From a virus (Duplodnaviria; Caudoviricetes), in the IMG/VR virus record IMGVR_UViG_3300017788_000031, positions 1-54,336 of that record: a stretch of DNA of 54,336 nucleotides; one strand, 5' to 3'. Below the pieces are notes generated by a model that saw nothing but the letters and a program-made list of their open reading frames with translations, made no database searches and had not been told where the DNA came from. The stretch's first letter is position 1. Each line of letters starts with the position of its first letter. This document shows, piece after piece, positions 35,101 to 43,136 of this stretch. The position numbers and the translations under genes are program-made.

Positions 35101-35844
35101 ATGAGCACAGCACAAGACATCATCGAGATACTCAAGGATGACCTTGAGTATTACAACGGGGTGGGTAAGAACTACCTGTCCAACTCAGACATCGGCACAC
35201 TGCTTACCAACCCTCAGGACTTTGGTAAACCACGCGAGGACAACAAGTCCTTTATGGAGGGCAGGTACTTCCATCAGCTAATGATTGAGCCTGAGAAGGC
35301 AGTCGATACTCCGTTCGTTGACGTGAGTACACGCAACACCAAGGAGTACAAGGCGTACTGCGAGAGCATCAACCTCCCGTTCTGTATGCTCAAGAAAGAG
35401 ATGGATGAGGTGAAGCGGCTCGTGTCCCTGATGAAGGGGAACATCAGCTTCTACGATGAGATATACAAGGAGGGTAATGAGTACGAGGTTCCAATGGTAG
35501 GTGAGATACAGGGGATGATGTGGAAGGGGAAAGCCGACATTGTCACCGATGAAATCATCATCGACCTGAAGACCACCTCAGACATCAACAAGTTCAAGTG
35601 GTCAGCCAAGGCGTACAACTACGACTCTCAGTGCTACATTTATCAGAGCTTGTTCGGTAAGCCGCTCGTGTTTTACGTGGTTGACAAGGAGACGGGTCAG
35701 CTTGGAATCTTCAGACCAACGGAGAACTTCATCAAGGGCGGTGAGTTGAAGGTGACTAAGGCCATACAGGTCTATGAGAAATACTTCAGCGAGAATCCAA
35801 CTGATGACATCGTCAACTATTACATTGACGAAACGCTTGACTGA
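35101..35844 (+). CDS. PD-(D/E)XK exonuclease, RecE/exonuclease VIII-like
   Basis: LSNSDI, KGKADI, IIDLKTT, YDSQCYIY. Confidence 0.85.
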   Translation: MSTAQDIIEILKDDLEYYNGVGKNYLSNSDIGTLLTNPQDFGKPREDNKSFMEGRYFHQLMIEPEKAVDTPFVDVSTRNTKEYKAYCESINLPFCMLKKEMDEVKRLVSLMKGNISFYDEIYKEGNEYEVPMVGEIQGMMWKGKADIVTDEIIIDLKTTSDINKFKWSAKAYNYDSQCYIYQSLFGKPLVFYVVDKETGQLGIFRPTENFIKGGELKVTKAIQVYEKYFSENPTDDIVNYYIDETLD

Positions 35845-35919
35845 GTAGCTATCAGTCGCCCTATGCCTGCAATACTCAGCGTAACCTCGAGCATCCGGTG
35901 TGAGCAGGCATAGGTTCAA

Positions 35920-35973
35920 GGTGGGGTGCGCGTAACAGGGTTGCCTTGAGAGGTTCGAGTCCTCACCCCACCG
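35920..35973 (+). ncRNA. tRNA-like element lacking an anticodon arm
   Basis: Acceptor GGTGGGG/CCCCACC and T-arm GAGG-TTCGAGT-CCTC; only 22 nt between the acceptor 5' strand and the T-arm. Confidence 0.6.
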
Positions 35974-35977
35974 CAAA

Positions 35978-35993
35978 GTGTCTTCAAAGACAT
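35978..35993. repeat. Palindrome copy with one change
   Basis: GTGTCTTCAAAGACAT. Confidence 0.9.
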
Positions 35994-35995
35994 CC

Positions 35996-36053
35996 ACTGA
36001 GTAGTGAGTTCAGCCCCAAGGATTCACTGCTCAGTTAATAAATAGATTGGGGC
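35996..36053 (+). promoter_or_regulatory. H-type RNA pseudoknot in the SSB leader
   Basis: 16-bp stem 35996-36011/36020-36035; loop GCCCCAA pairs with TTGGGGC at 36047-36053. Confidence 0.7.
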
Positions 36054-36071
36054 AAACAAAAATCAATTCAA

Positions 36072-36374
36072 ATGGCAGAAGAAAAAATCTTTGCTGACGG
36101 ATTCTCATTCAAGCGTAATGAGAATGCACCCGACTTTGTTGTCGGTAGACTATCAATGAAAGTGGATGAGGCTATCGCCTTTCTCAGAAAGCACGAGAAG
36201 GGAGGGTGGACAAACCTCAATGTCAAACAAGCGCGTAGTGGAAACTACTACCTTGAGTTGGACACTTACGAACCTAAGGGCGGTGCGAAGCCTGAACCCA
36301 AACAGGAGTCAGCACCCAAGGCAAAGCCTAAGGCTGAGCCTGCGAAGGAGGAAGAGGAAGAGTTACCTTTCTAA
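36072..36374 (+). CDS. Probable single-stranded DNA-binding protein
   Basis: Small beta-rich domain, flexible linker and acidic tail EEEEELPF; follows annealase and exonuclease. Confidence 0.7.
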   Translation: MAEEKIFADGFSFKRNENAPDFVVGRLSMKVDEAIAFLRKHEKGGWTNLNVKQARSGNYYLELDTYEPKGGAKPEPKQESAPKAKPKAEPAKEEEEELPF

Positions 36375-36394
36375 TCAACAAGTTAACCCAAGAC

Positions 36395-36419
36395 AGGGGG
36401 AGAATATCCCCCTTTTTTT
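36395..36419 (+). terminator. Intrinsic terminator
   Basis: GGGGGA-GAATA-TCCCCC followed by T7. Confidence 0.85.
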
Positions 36420-36430
36420 GGCTCCGAGCT

Positions 36431-36590
36431 GTGTCAATTATGCCATATGGAGACCCCCTACTATCTCTATATATACTTCTCTCTCTCTCTTTTTTTTATT
36501 ATTATTATTTTAATTTAAAAATTGACATAAAAGACATAGACACTATGAGCCAATCACTTAGCTAAAAAAAATCTATCACAAAATCGGCAT
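36431..36590. other. Origin-like AT-rich element, copy B, directly upstream of the primase-helicase
   Basis: CT repeat, TTA repeat, GACAT repeats; shares TTAGCTAAAAAAAATCT with copy A. Confidence 0.55.
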
Positions 36591-39017
36591 ATGAATAACA
36601 CAATAACCATCTTTCAGAACATCCGCGACACGGACACCCCGTTCTTCAGGGAGGTACACAAGATACTTGAGCGTATCAAGGAGGGAGCAAGCAAGGACTT
36701 GGTCAAGAGGATACGGGCGGAGAAGCGCAAGCCCGAGCGCAACGAGATGAAGAAGCAACTGCCTGCCATCTGCTTCAGCGGCAAGTTCAACAAGCGGTCG
36801 GACACCGCCATCATCGAGCACTCAGGTCTTATCTGTTTGGACTTCGATGGATACACCAAGCAAAAGGAATTACTACAAGACAAGGAGAACCTCAGCAAGA
36901 ACAAGTATGTGTTCAGCGTATTCATCTCCCCTTCGGGCAATGGTCTCAAGGCACTCGTCAAGATACCGACTGACCCCGACAACCACACCAACTACTTCAA
37001 CTCGCTTGAGAAATATTTCAACTCCCCGTACTTCGACAAGACAAGTAAGAACCTCAGCCGTGTATGCTACGAGTCATACGACCCACTCATCCACATCAAC
37101 GAGAACTCATCGGTATGGGATACGATTGAGGAGGCTGAGTACAATGAGGTGAACAAGGTCAAAGACCAACCCACCATCCCAATCACTGACGAGAATAAGA
37201 TTGTGGACATACTCATCAAGTGGTGGACAAAGAAATACCCGATGTATGAGGGGCAGAGAAATCAGAACGCATACGTCCTTGCGATGGCGTTCAATGACTT
37301 TGGAATCAACAAAGGTCTTGCAGGGTACGTGTTGAATCAGTATTCCACTGAGGACTTCACGGCACGCGAGATTGCAACAACTATCGACTCAGCGTATAAG
37401 AACACTGCCAACTTCGGAACTAAGTACTACGAGGACGAGGAGAGGGTAAACCAAATCAAAGCCAAGTTGAGGAGAGGCGTATCAAAAAAAGAGATACGCT
37501 ACCAACTCCAAGACTCTAACTTGGATAGCGAGGTAATTGAATCAGTCCTGAACAAGGTTGAGGAGGAGAACGCCAAGCAAACCTTTTGGACTAAGAACGA
37601 CAAGGGAGTCATCAAGATAATACACATTCTGTTCAAGCAGTTCCTTGAGGACAATGGGTTCTACAAGTACTGCCCTGAGGGTGGGAAGAACTACGTGTTC
37701 GTGAAGGTAACCAACAACCTCATCGACCACACATCAGAGAAAGAGATAAAGGACTTCGTGCTTGCGCACCTGCTTGAGTTGGATGACATCTCCGTCTACA
37801 ACTACTTCGCTGACAACACAAGGTTCTTCAAGGAGGAGTTCCTCTCGATGCTCTCAACGATTGACATCTACTTCATTGCCGACAACAAAGACTGCTCATA
37901 CCTTTACTACCGCAACTGCGCGGTGAAGATTACAAAGGATGAGGTGACACCCATCGACTACCTCGACCTTGGTGGTTACGTGTGGAAAGACCACGTCATT
38001 GACAGGGTGTTCAACATCTGTGACGTGACGGGCAGGTGTGACTTCAGGCAGTTCGTTAGCAACATCAATGGTGGTGACGAGAGCAGGGTCAGGTCAATGG
38101 AGAGCACCATCGGATTCCTGATGCACGGGTACAAGAACCTATCGTACTGCCCTGCCATCATCCTCAACGATGAGGTGATTAGCGACAACCCTGAGGGAGG
38201 AACAGGGAAGGGTCTCCTGATGAGTGCGCTGAGCAACCTGAAGAAACTTGTGGTGATAGATGGTAAGTCATTCACCTTTGAGCGGTCGTTCGCATACCAA
38301 CTTGTGTCTGCTGACACGCAGATACTATGCTTTGATGACGTGAAGAAACACTTTGACTTCGAGCGTCTCTTCAGCGTAGTCACGGAAGGGTTGACTCTTG
38401 AGAAGAAGAACAAGGATGCTATCAAGATTCCGTTCAGCAAGTCACCCAAGATTGCCATCACTACGAACTACGCAATCAAGGGGGCAGGCAACTCATTTGC
38501 AAGACGCAAGTGGGAACTTGAACTGCATCAGTATTACAGGAAAGACTTCACCCCACTCGATGAGTTTGGCAAGTTAATGTTTGGTGATTGGAACGATGAC
38601 GATTGGTGTGAGTTCGACAACTATATGATAGGATGTCTCAAGTCATACCTACGCACAGGATTAATCAAGTCTAAGTTTGTCAACCTCAAGATTCGTCAGC
38701 TATCAGCCGAGACCTGCCACGAGTTCATTGAATGGTGCGGCCTTGTCGATACACAACAGCGCAACGTATCCCTTGACTCAGGCATCAGGCTGTACAAAAA
38801 CGACCTGTACTACAACTTCATTGATGAGTATCCTGACTACGGGCCGAAGGCAAAGATGACCATCAGCAGGACTCGCTTCTACAAGTGGTTAGTATCTTAC
38901 GCCATCTTCAAGGAAGGCACGATGCCCGAGGAGGGACGAGACCAAACAGGCAGGTGGATTATCATTCGAAAGAAACAAGACGCAGAGTATCAGAACCAAT
39001 TAAACGCAGACCTATGA
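36591..39017 (+). CDS. Primase-helicase (BT4734-like primase domain, PriCT-like domain, P-loop helicase)
   Basis: HSGLICLDFD, FISPSGNGLK, RVCYESYDP; EGQRN; Walker A GGTGKG, Walker B LCFDD, ITTN. Confidence 0.88.
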   Translation: MNNTITIFQNIRDTDTPFFREVHKILERIKEGASKDLVKRIRAEKRKPERNEMKKQLPAICFSGKFNKRSDTAIIEHSGLICLDFDGYTKQKELLQDKENLSKNKYVFSVFISPSGNGLKALVKIPTDPDNHTNYFNSLEKYFNSPYFDKTSKNLSRVCYESYDPLIHINENSSVWDTIEEAEYNEVNKVKDQPTIPITDENKIVDILIKWWTKKYPMYEGQRNQNAYVLAMAFNDFGINKGLAGYVLNQYSTEDFTAREIATTIDSAYKNTANFGTKYYEDEERVNQIKAKLRRGVSKKEIRYQLQDSNLDSEVIESVLNKVEEENAKQTFWTKNDKGVIKIIHILFKQFLEDNGFYKYCPEGGKNYVFVKVTNNLIDHTSEKEIKDFVLAHLLELDDISVYNYFADNTRFFKEEFLSMLSTIDIYFIADNKDCSYLYYRNCAVKITKDEVTPIDYLDLGGYVWKDHVIDRVFNICDVTGRCDFRQFVSNINGGDESRVRSMESTIGFLMHGYKNLSYCPAIILNDEVISDNPEGGTGKGLLMSALSNLKKLVVIDGKSFTFERSFAYQLVSADTQILCFDDVKKHFDFERLFSVVTEGLTLEKKNKDAIKIPFSKSPKIAITTNYAIKGAGNSFARRKWELELHQYYRKDFTPLDEFGKLMFGDWNDDDWCEFDNYMIGCLKSYLRTGLIKSKFVNLKIRQLSAETCHEFIEWCGLVDTQQRNVSLDSGIRLYKNDLYYNFIDEYPDYGPKAKMTISRTRFYKWLVSYAIFKEGTMPEEGRDQTGRWIIIRKKQDAEYQNQLNADL

Positions 39018-39349
39018 CAGAGCAACAGAAAATTCACATAGCAATGTTGAATAGCTACAACGTAATCACAGACACGTTCACGATTGATGAGATAATGGAT
39101 TCGGGAGTACCGCTGTTCTCTCACATCCCCGATGAGGAGATAAGTATTGAGGTACTCAACTTCATCCTGTACTACTTCCAACAGCAGGAGATGTATGAGC
39201 ACTGCCTTGCACTCACCGAATATATGGCCGAGAACTTTAACTCCGATGGCTCATCCAAGATTGAGACGTGTGACTGTGAGTACCCTGAGATATTGGAGTA
39301 CACTAAAAAAATGAAATGTTCTAAATGCAATAAAAGATTAATCAAATGA
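39014..39349 (+). CDS. Hypothetical protein with C-terminal Cys cluster (start MTEQQK)
   Basis: ATGA overlap; CDC...CSKC. Confidence 0.7.
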   Translation: MTEQQKIHIAMLNSYNVITDTFTIDEIMDSGVPLFSHIPDEEISIEVLNFILYYFQQQEMYEHCLALTEYMAENFNSDGSSKIETCDCEYPEILEYTKKMKCSKCNKRLIK

Positions 39350-40830
39350 AAGAGGATATCATTGAGCGCGTATCAGGAACAAGCAACCTGTATATGTGGA
39401 AAGAGTGTGAACTTATGAAGAAGGTGGTGTTAGCAACTAAGCAGGTGAAGGAAGGCAGAGGCAAGCAGGTAAAGATTGTTGAGCTTCCTAAATACAAGAC
39501 GGACAAAGCAATCATAGAGCGAATTATCAGGAGCTGTGAGTACTACAAGAATCTACACGAGCAGGACTTAGCATCGGGCAGTGCGTTTAACTTCAGGTCT
39601 TATCAGAAAGAGATAATCTTAAAGGGGAATGTTATCCTATCCAAGCATAGGTTTCTTTATCTTGCAATGGAGGTGCGCACGGGCAAGACACTAACAAGCC
39701 TTGGCATAGCTCAGAAGATGAATGCTAACAACGTGCTGTTTATAACAAAGAAGAAAGCCATAGCCTCCATACAGGATGACTATGCGTCTCTTAGTCCAAG
39801 GTACAACTTGCACGTCATCAACTATGAGAGCCTGCACACAATTGACAAGTTGATTAAATGGGACTTGATTATCTGTGACGAGGCTCATAGTATGGGTGCA
39901 TTCCCAAAGCCAAGCCAACGTGCGCTGATGGTGAAAGACCTGATTAAAAAGAACAAGTCAATGGTGATACTTCTATCGGGCACACCGACTCCTGAGTCAT
40001 ACTCTCAGATGTATCATCAGGTGTATGGCATACCGGGGAATCCGTTCGCTGAGTTTACAAACTTCTACAGGTTCTGCGACAAGTATGTAAAGGTTCGTGA
40101 GAAGCGCATCAATGGATTGGTGATAAAGGATTACTCAAAAGGTAGCGAGTCAATCATTGAGGCAATGAAGCCATACACCATCAACTACACGCAAGCTGAG
40201 GCAGGGTTTATTACCACAACAACTGAGGAGATACTTGAGGTTGAGATGAGGCAGTCAACATACTCATTGGCTAACAGACTTAAAAAGCAGTTGGTCGTTG
40301 AGGGTAGGGACGAGGTGATATTGGCTGACACTCCTGTAAAGCTGATGATGAAACTGCATCAGATATATTCAGGCACGGTCAAGTTTGAGAGTGGCAACTC
40401 AATGGTGATTGATACGAGCAAGGCTGAGTTCATTAAGAAAAAGTTCAAGGGTAATAAGATTGGAATCTTCTACAAGTTCAAGGAAGAACTCAATGCGCTC
40501 AAGCAAGTATTCGGTGATGACTTGACTACGGAGCTGAGTGTCTTTGAAGACACAGATAAAAGCATCGCGCTTCAGATTGTGTCGGGGCGTGAGGGCATCT
40601 CGTTGAAGCAAGCAAAGTATTTGGTGTATTACAACATTGACTTCAGCGCAACAAGTTATTGGCAGAGCAAGGATAGAATGACCACGAAGGACAGACCTGA
40701 GAACAATGTCTTTTGGGTGTTCACCAAGGGCGGCATTGAGCACGACATTTACAAGGCGGTTACTAAAAAGAAAGATTATACAGTTACACATTTTAAAAAA
40801 ACAATTGCAAATGAAACTACCGATGTTTGA
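39346..40830 (+). CDS. Superfamily 2 (SNF2-like) helicase
   Basis: MEVRTGKT, IICDEAH, LSGTP, GREGISL, QSKDR. Confidence 0.9.
   Translation: MKEDIIERVSGTSNLYMWKECELMKKVVLATKQVKEGRGKQVKIVELPKYKTDKAIIERIIRSCEYYKNLHEQDLASGSAFNFRSYQKEIILKGNVILSKHRFLYLAMEVRTGKTLTSLGIAQKMNANNVLFITKKKAIASIQDDYASLSPRYNLHVINYESLHTIDKLIKWDLIICDEAHSMGAFPKPSQRALMVKDLIKKNKSMVILLSGTPTPESYSQMYHQVYGIPGNPFAEFTNFYRFCDKYVKVREKRINGLVIKDYSKGSESIIEAMKPYTINYTQAEAGFITTTTEEILEVEMRQSTYSLANRLKKQLVVEGRDEVILADTPVKLMMKLHQIYSGTVKFESGNSMVIDTSKAEFIKKKFKGNKIGIFYKFKEELNALKQVFGDDLTTELSVFEDTDKSIALQIVSGREGISLKQAKYLVYYNIDFSATSYWQSKDRMTTKDRPENNVFWVFTKGGIEHDIYKAVTKKKDYTVTHFKKTIANETTDV
40538..40553. repeat. 16-bp palindrome copy inside the helicase gene
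   Basis: GTGTCTTTGAAGACAC. Confidence 0.95.
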
Positions 40831-41044
40831 AAAAGACAAGGCCAACCACGTCATCTATGGCGTGATAATCTATGGCCTTCATTCACTGATAATAACTCCG
40901 ATATTCTCGTTGATTGCAGTGTATGTTATAGCCCTTGCTAAAGAGTTCTACGACAAAAAGAAGACGGGTAAGTTCAGCTACTCAGATATAATGGCTACAT
41001 TACTCGGAGGGGTGATTGGACTTTTAATATCAATAATAAACTAA
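40811..41044 (+). CDS. Small membrane protein (start MKLPMF)
   Basis: DKANH...AKEFYD...DIMATLLGG, hydrophobic. Confidence 0.7.
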   Translation: MKLPMFEKDKANHVIYGVIIYGLHSLIITPIFSLIAVYVIALAKEFYDKKKTGKFSYSDIMATLLGGVIGLLISIIN

Positions 41045-41047
41045 GCA

Positions 41048-41188
41048 ATGAGTGAAGCGTGGACAACATCATTTGTTGAGTGCAACATATGCACCCACGG
41101 ATGGGTAGCTGTTAGACCTATTGAAACAACAGAACTTGAATGCCCTAACTGTCATAGCATGACAACTATTGAAGGAGGGGAGCGATGA
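41048..41188 (+). CDS. Zinc-ribbon protein (46 aa); not in ORF track
   Basis: ECNICTHGWVAV...LECPNCH. Confidence 0.7.
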   Translation: MSEAWTTSFVECNICTHGWVAVRPIETTELECPNCHSMTTIEGGER

Positions 41189-41394
41189 AGACAATACGCA
41201 GATGGTACTATAGATTGTTCCACAAAGAACGATGCTTTAAGTGTACGCTTGAACAAAGAGTTGGTAAATACGACCCCGTAAGCTATTGGCATCACAGCTA
41301 TTTAGGTGCAGATTGGTGGTTGATAAGCAAAGAATATCACGATAGAAACAAGCAAGTTATTAAAATCAGTAGATACAAAGGAGGTGAACTATGA
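41185..41394 (+). CDS. Hypothetical protein
   Basis: 69 aa, ATGA overlaps on both sides. Confidence 0.6.
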   Translation: MKTIRRWYYRLFHKERCFKCTLEQRVGKYDPVSYWHHSYLGADWWLISKEYHDRNKQVIKISRYKGGEL

Positions 41395-41708
41395 TTAAAT
41401 GCATATGCGTCAATGACAAGGACAGACCATCTAAGATACCACCACATAAGTGGGTGGAGAAAGGAAAGGAGTACACGATTATGTTCGCTCAGTTCGTCAA
41501 GCCGCAACGACAACTCGCAGTTCAACTCGTTGAGATAAACTTGGATGAGTCGTGCGCTCCGTTTGAATACTTCTTAGCAAAGAGATTTGCCATACGCAAG
41601 AGTGACTTAGACAACCTGCATCAACTCATCTATGAATCATACCATATACGTGAATCGATTGAAGAGCTGTCAAAGCAAATAGAAATAACCTCAAACAATA
41701 CAATCTAA
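41391..41708 (+). CDS. Hypothetical protein
   Basis: 105 aa, MIKCICVND...GKEYT. Confidence 0.7.
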   Translation: MIKCICVNDKDRPSKIPPHKWVEKGKEYTIMFAQFVKPQRQLAVQLVEINLDESCAPFEYFLAKRFAIRKSDLDNLHQLIYESYHIRESIEELSKQIEITSNNTI

Positions 41709-41789
41709 TGTGGTGGATAATATTACTCATCGCCTCAGTGGCGATACCCGCACTCTCAAACTTACTATACCAAGTAAACAAATACAAAA

Positions 41790-42038
41790 ATGATAGAGCA
41801 ACAGATACAGAGCAAGAAGATAAAACAACTTGAGTCGGAAGGATACTACGTCATCAAGTTGATTAACACCAACAAGAATGGAATCCCTGACCTGATAGCT
41901 ATACCCAAGAACGCGGACGTGTTGTTCGTTGAGGTGAAGAGACCAAACGGAAAGCTATCAAAGCTACAGGAGTTCAGGCTAAAAGAACTAACAGCACACG
42001 GACTAAGAACGGAAGTCTATAAAGGAGAAGAAGAATGA
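41790..42038 (+). CDS. VRR-NUC family nuclease (resolvase-like)
   Basis: GIPDLI...FVEVKRPNGKLSKLQ. Confidence 0.9.
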   Translation: MIEQQIQSKKIKQLESEGYYVIKLINTNKNGIPDLIAIPKNADVLFVEVKRPNGKLSKLQEFRLKELTAHGLRTEVYKGEEE

Positions 42039-42562
42039 AACAGATAGAACCCGAGATGCTACAACTCAAGAGCATCGTAAGTAAAAAGTTTGGAGTTGAC
42101 ATCAACAAGCATACGCGCAAAAGAGATTACGTCAATGCACGACTTGTGTACGCAAAGATTCTACGAGAGCGTGGATACACGCACGAATCAATAGCAAGGT
42201 CTCTCAATAAAGACCACGCGACAATCATCTATTACATTCGATGCGCAATGCATATCTTTATGCAAGACAAGTTCTTGGAAAAGAAATACATCGAGTGCAA
42301 GTCTCTTTTCTTTGGAGAGATAGACCCATCTATGAATCCAACAAGTGAAGAGATGCTATCGGAAAGGGTTAAGACATTGACCAATCAGGTAGACAAGTTG
42401 ACCGCAGACAACGAGATGCTCAGCTATGAACTTGATGAGAAGGTGAAGAGACTAAGAAGACTAAATAAAATTATAAATCTAATCGAAGAAAGAACTCACT
42501 ATGGAAAAGAAGAACTTATTGAAAAAAAAATACGCGAGATGTTTAACGGATTCGCCCAATAA
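42035..42562 (+). CDS. Second DnaA domain IV-like HTH protein, with coiled coil
   Basis: TRKRDYVNAR...SIARSLNKDHATIIY. Confidence 0.75.
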   Translation: MKQIEPEMLQLKSIVSKKFGVDINKHTRKRDYVNARLVYAKILRERGYTHESIARSLNKDHATIIYYIRCAMHIFMQDKFLEKKYIECKSLFFGEIDPSMNPTSEEMLSERVKTLTNQVDKLTADNEMLSYELDEKVKRLRRLNKIINLIEERTHYGKEELIEKKIREMFNGFAQ

Positions 42563-42574
42563 AAACTATATGAA

Positions 42575-42763
42575 ATGGCGTTTGACGAAGAAAACAAAAG
42601 AGCGGAGCGGATAGCGTTCCGTATGATGGAGTATCACTCAGTGATGAACAACGTATACGACAACTTGGTGGACAGGAACTTCAAGACTGTGGAAACAGAT
42701 ATCAAGTTCCTCATAATGGAAATGAAACTGATACTAAAATCAATACCCGATGACGACTTTTGA
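42575..42763 (+). CDS. Hypothetical protein
   Basis: 62 aa, in operon. Confidence 0.6.
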   Translation: MAFDEENKRAERIAFRMMEYHSVMNNVYDNLVDRNFKTVETDIKFLIMEMKLILKSIPDDDF

Positions 42764-43136
42764 AACAGAAGAAGAACTCCGAAAGCAAAAGAAATCCATA
42801 GAGGTTTTCGTAAATACTTTCGGTGGCTCATATAAAAAACTTGACACGTCCGATGTGGACTACAAGGTCTTTGACAAAGACGGCAAACTCATAGCATATG
42901 CCGAGGTAAGCAGTAGACCACGCACACTAAGGGATGCGTACCCGCTACCAATACCCGCAAAGAAAATCATCAAGCTAATAGACAAGCGAATCACGCCTGT
43001 TGTTATATGGCACTGCGATGATGGCATCATCTACGGCACAGCGGATAAACTTGTTGGCCTTGCAATGGTTGACAAGGATGAGATGCAACTCATCTATGAG
43101 AAGCAGAGCAAGCTCAAGTACATCCGCTTTGTCTGA
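42750..43136 (+). CDS. PD-(D/E)XK-fold-like protein, possibly degenerate
   Basis: VDY...YAEVSSR resembles D...ExK with the Lys missing. Confidence 0.45.
   Translation: MTTFETEEELRKQKKSIEVFVNTFGGSYKKLDTSDVDYKVFDKDGKLIAYAEVSSRPRTLRDAYPLPIPAKKIIKLIDKRITPVVIWHCDDGIIYGTADKLVGLAMVDKDEMQLIYEKQSKLKYIRFV

Noticed and set aside
35920-35973. Functional decoding tRNA gene
   Set aside because: There is no anticodon arm; kept only as a tRNA-like element.
25330-35993. Palindromic repeats as a CRISPR array
   Set aside because: Copies are about 0.9-2.9 kb apart, separated by genes, only 16 bp long, and no cas genes are present.
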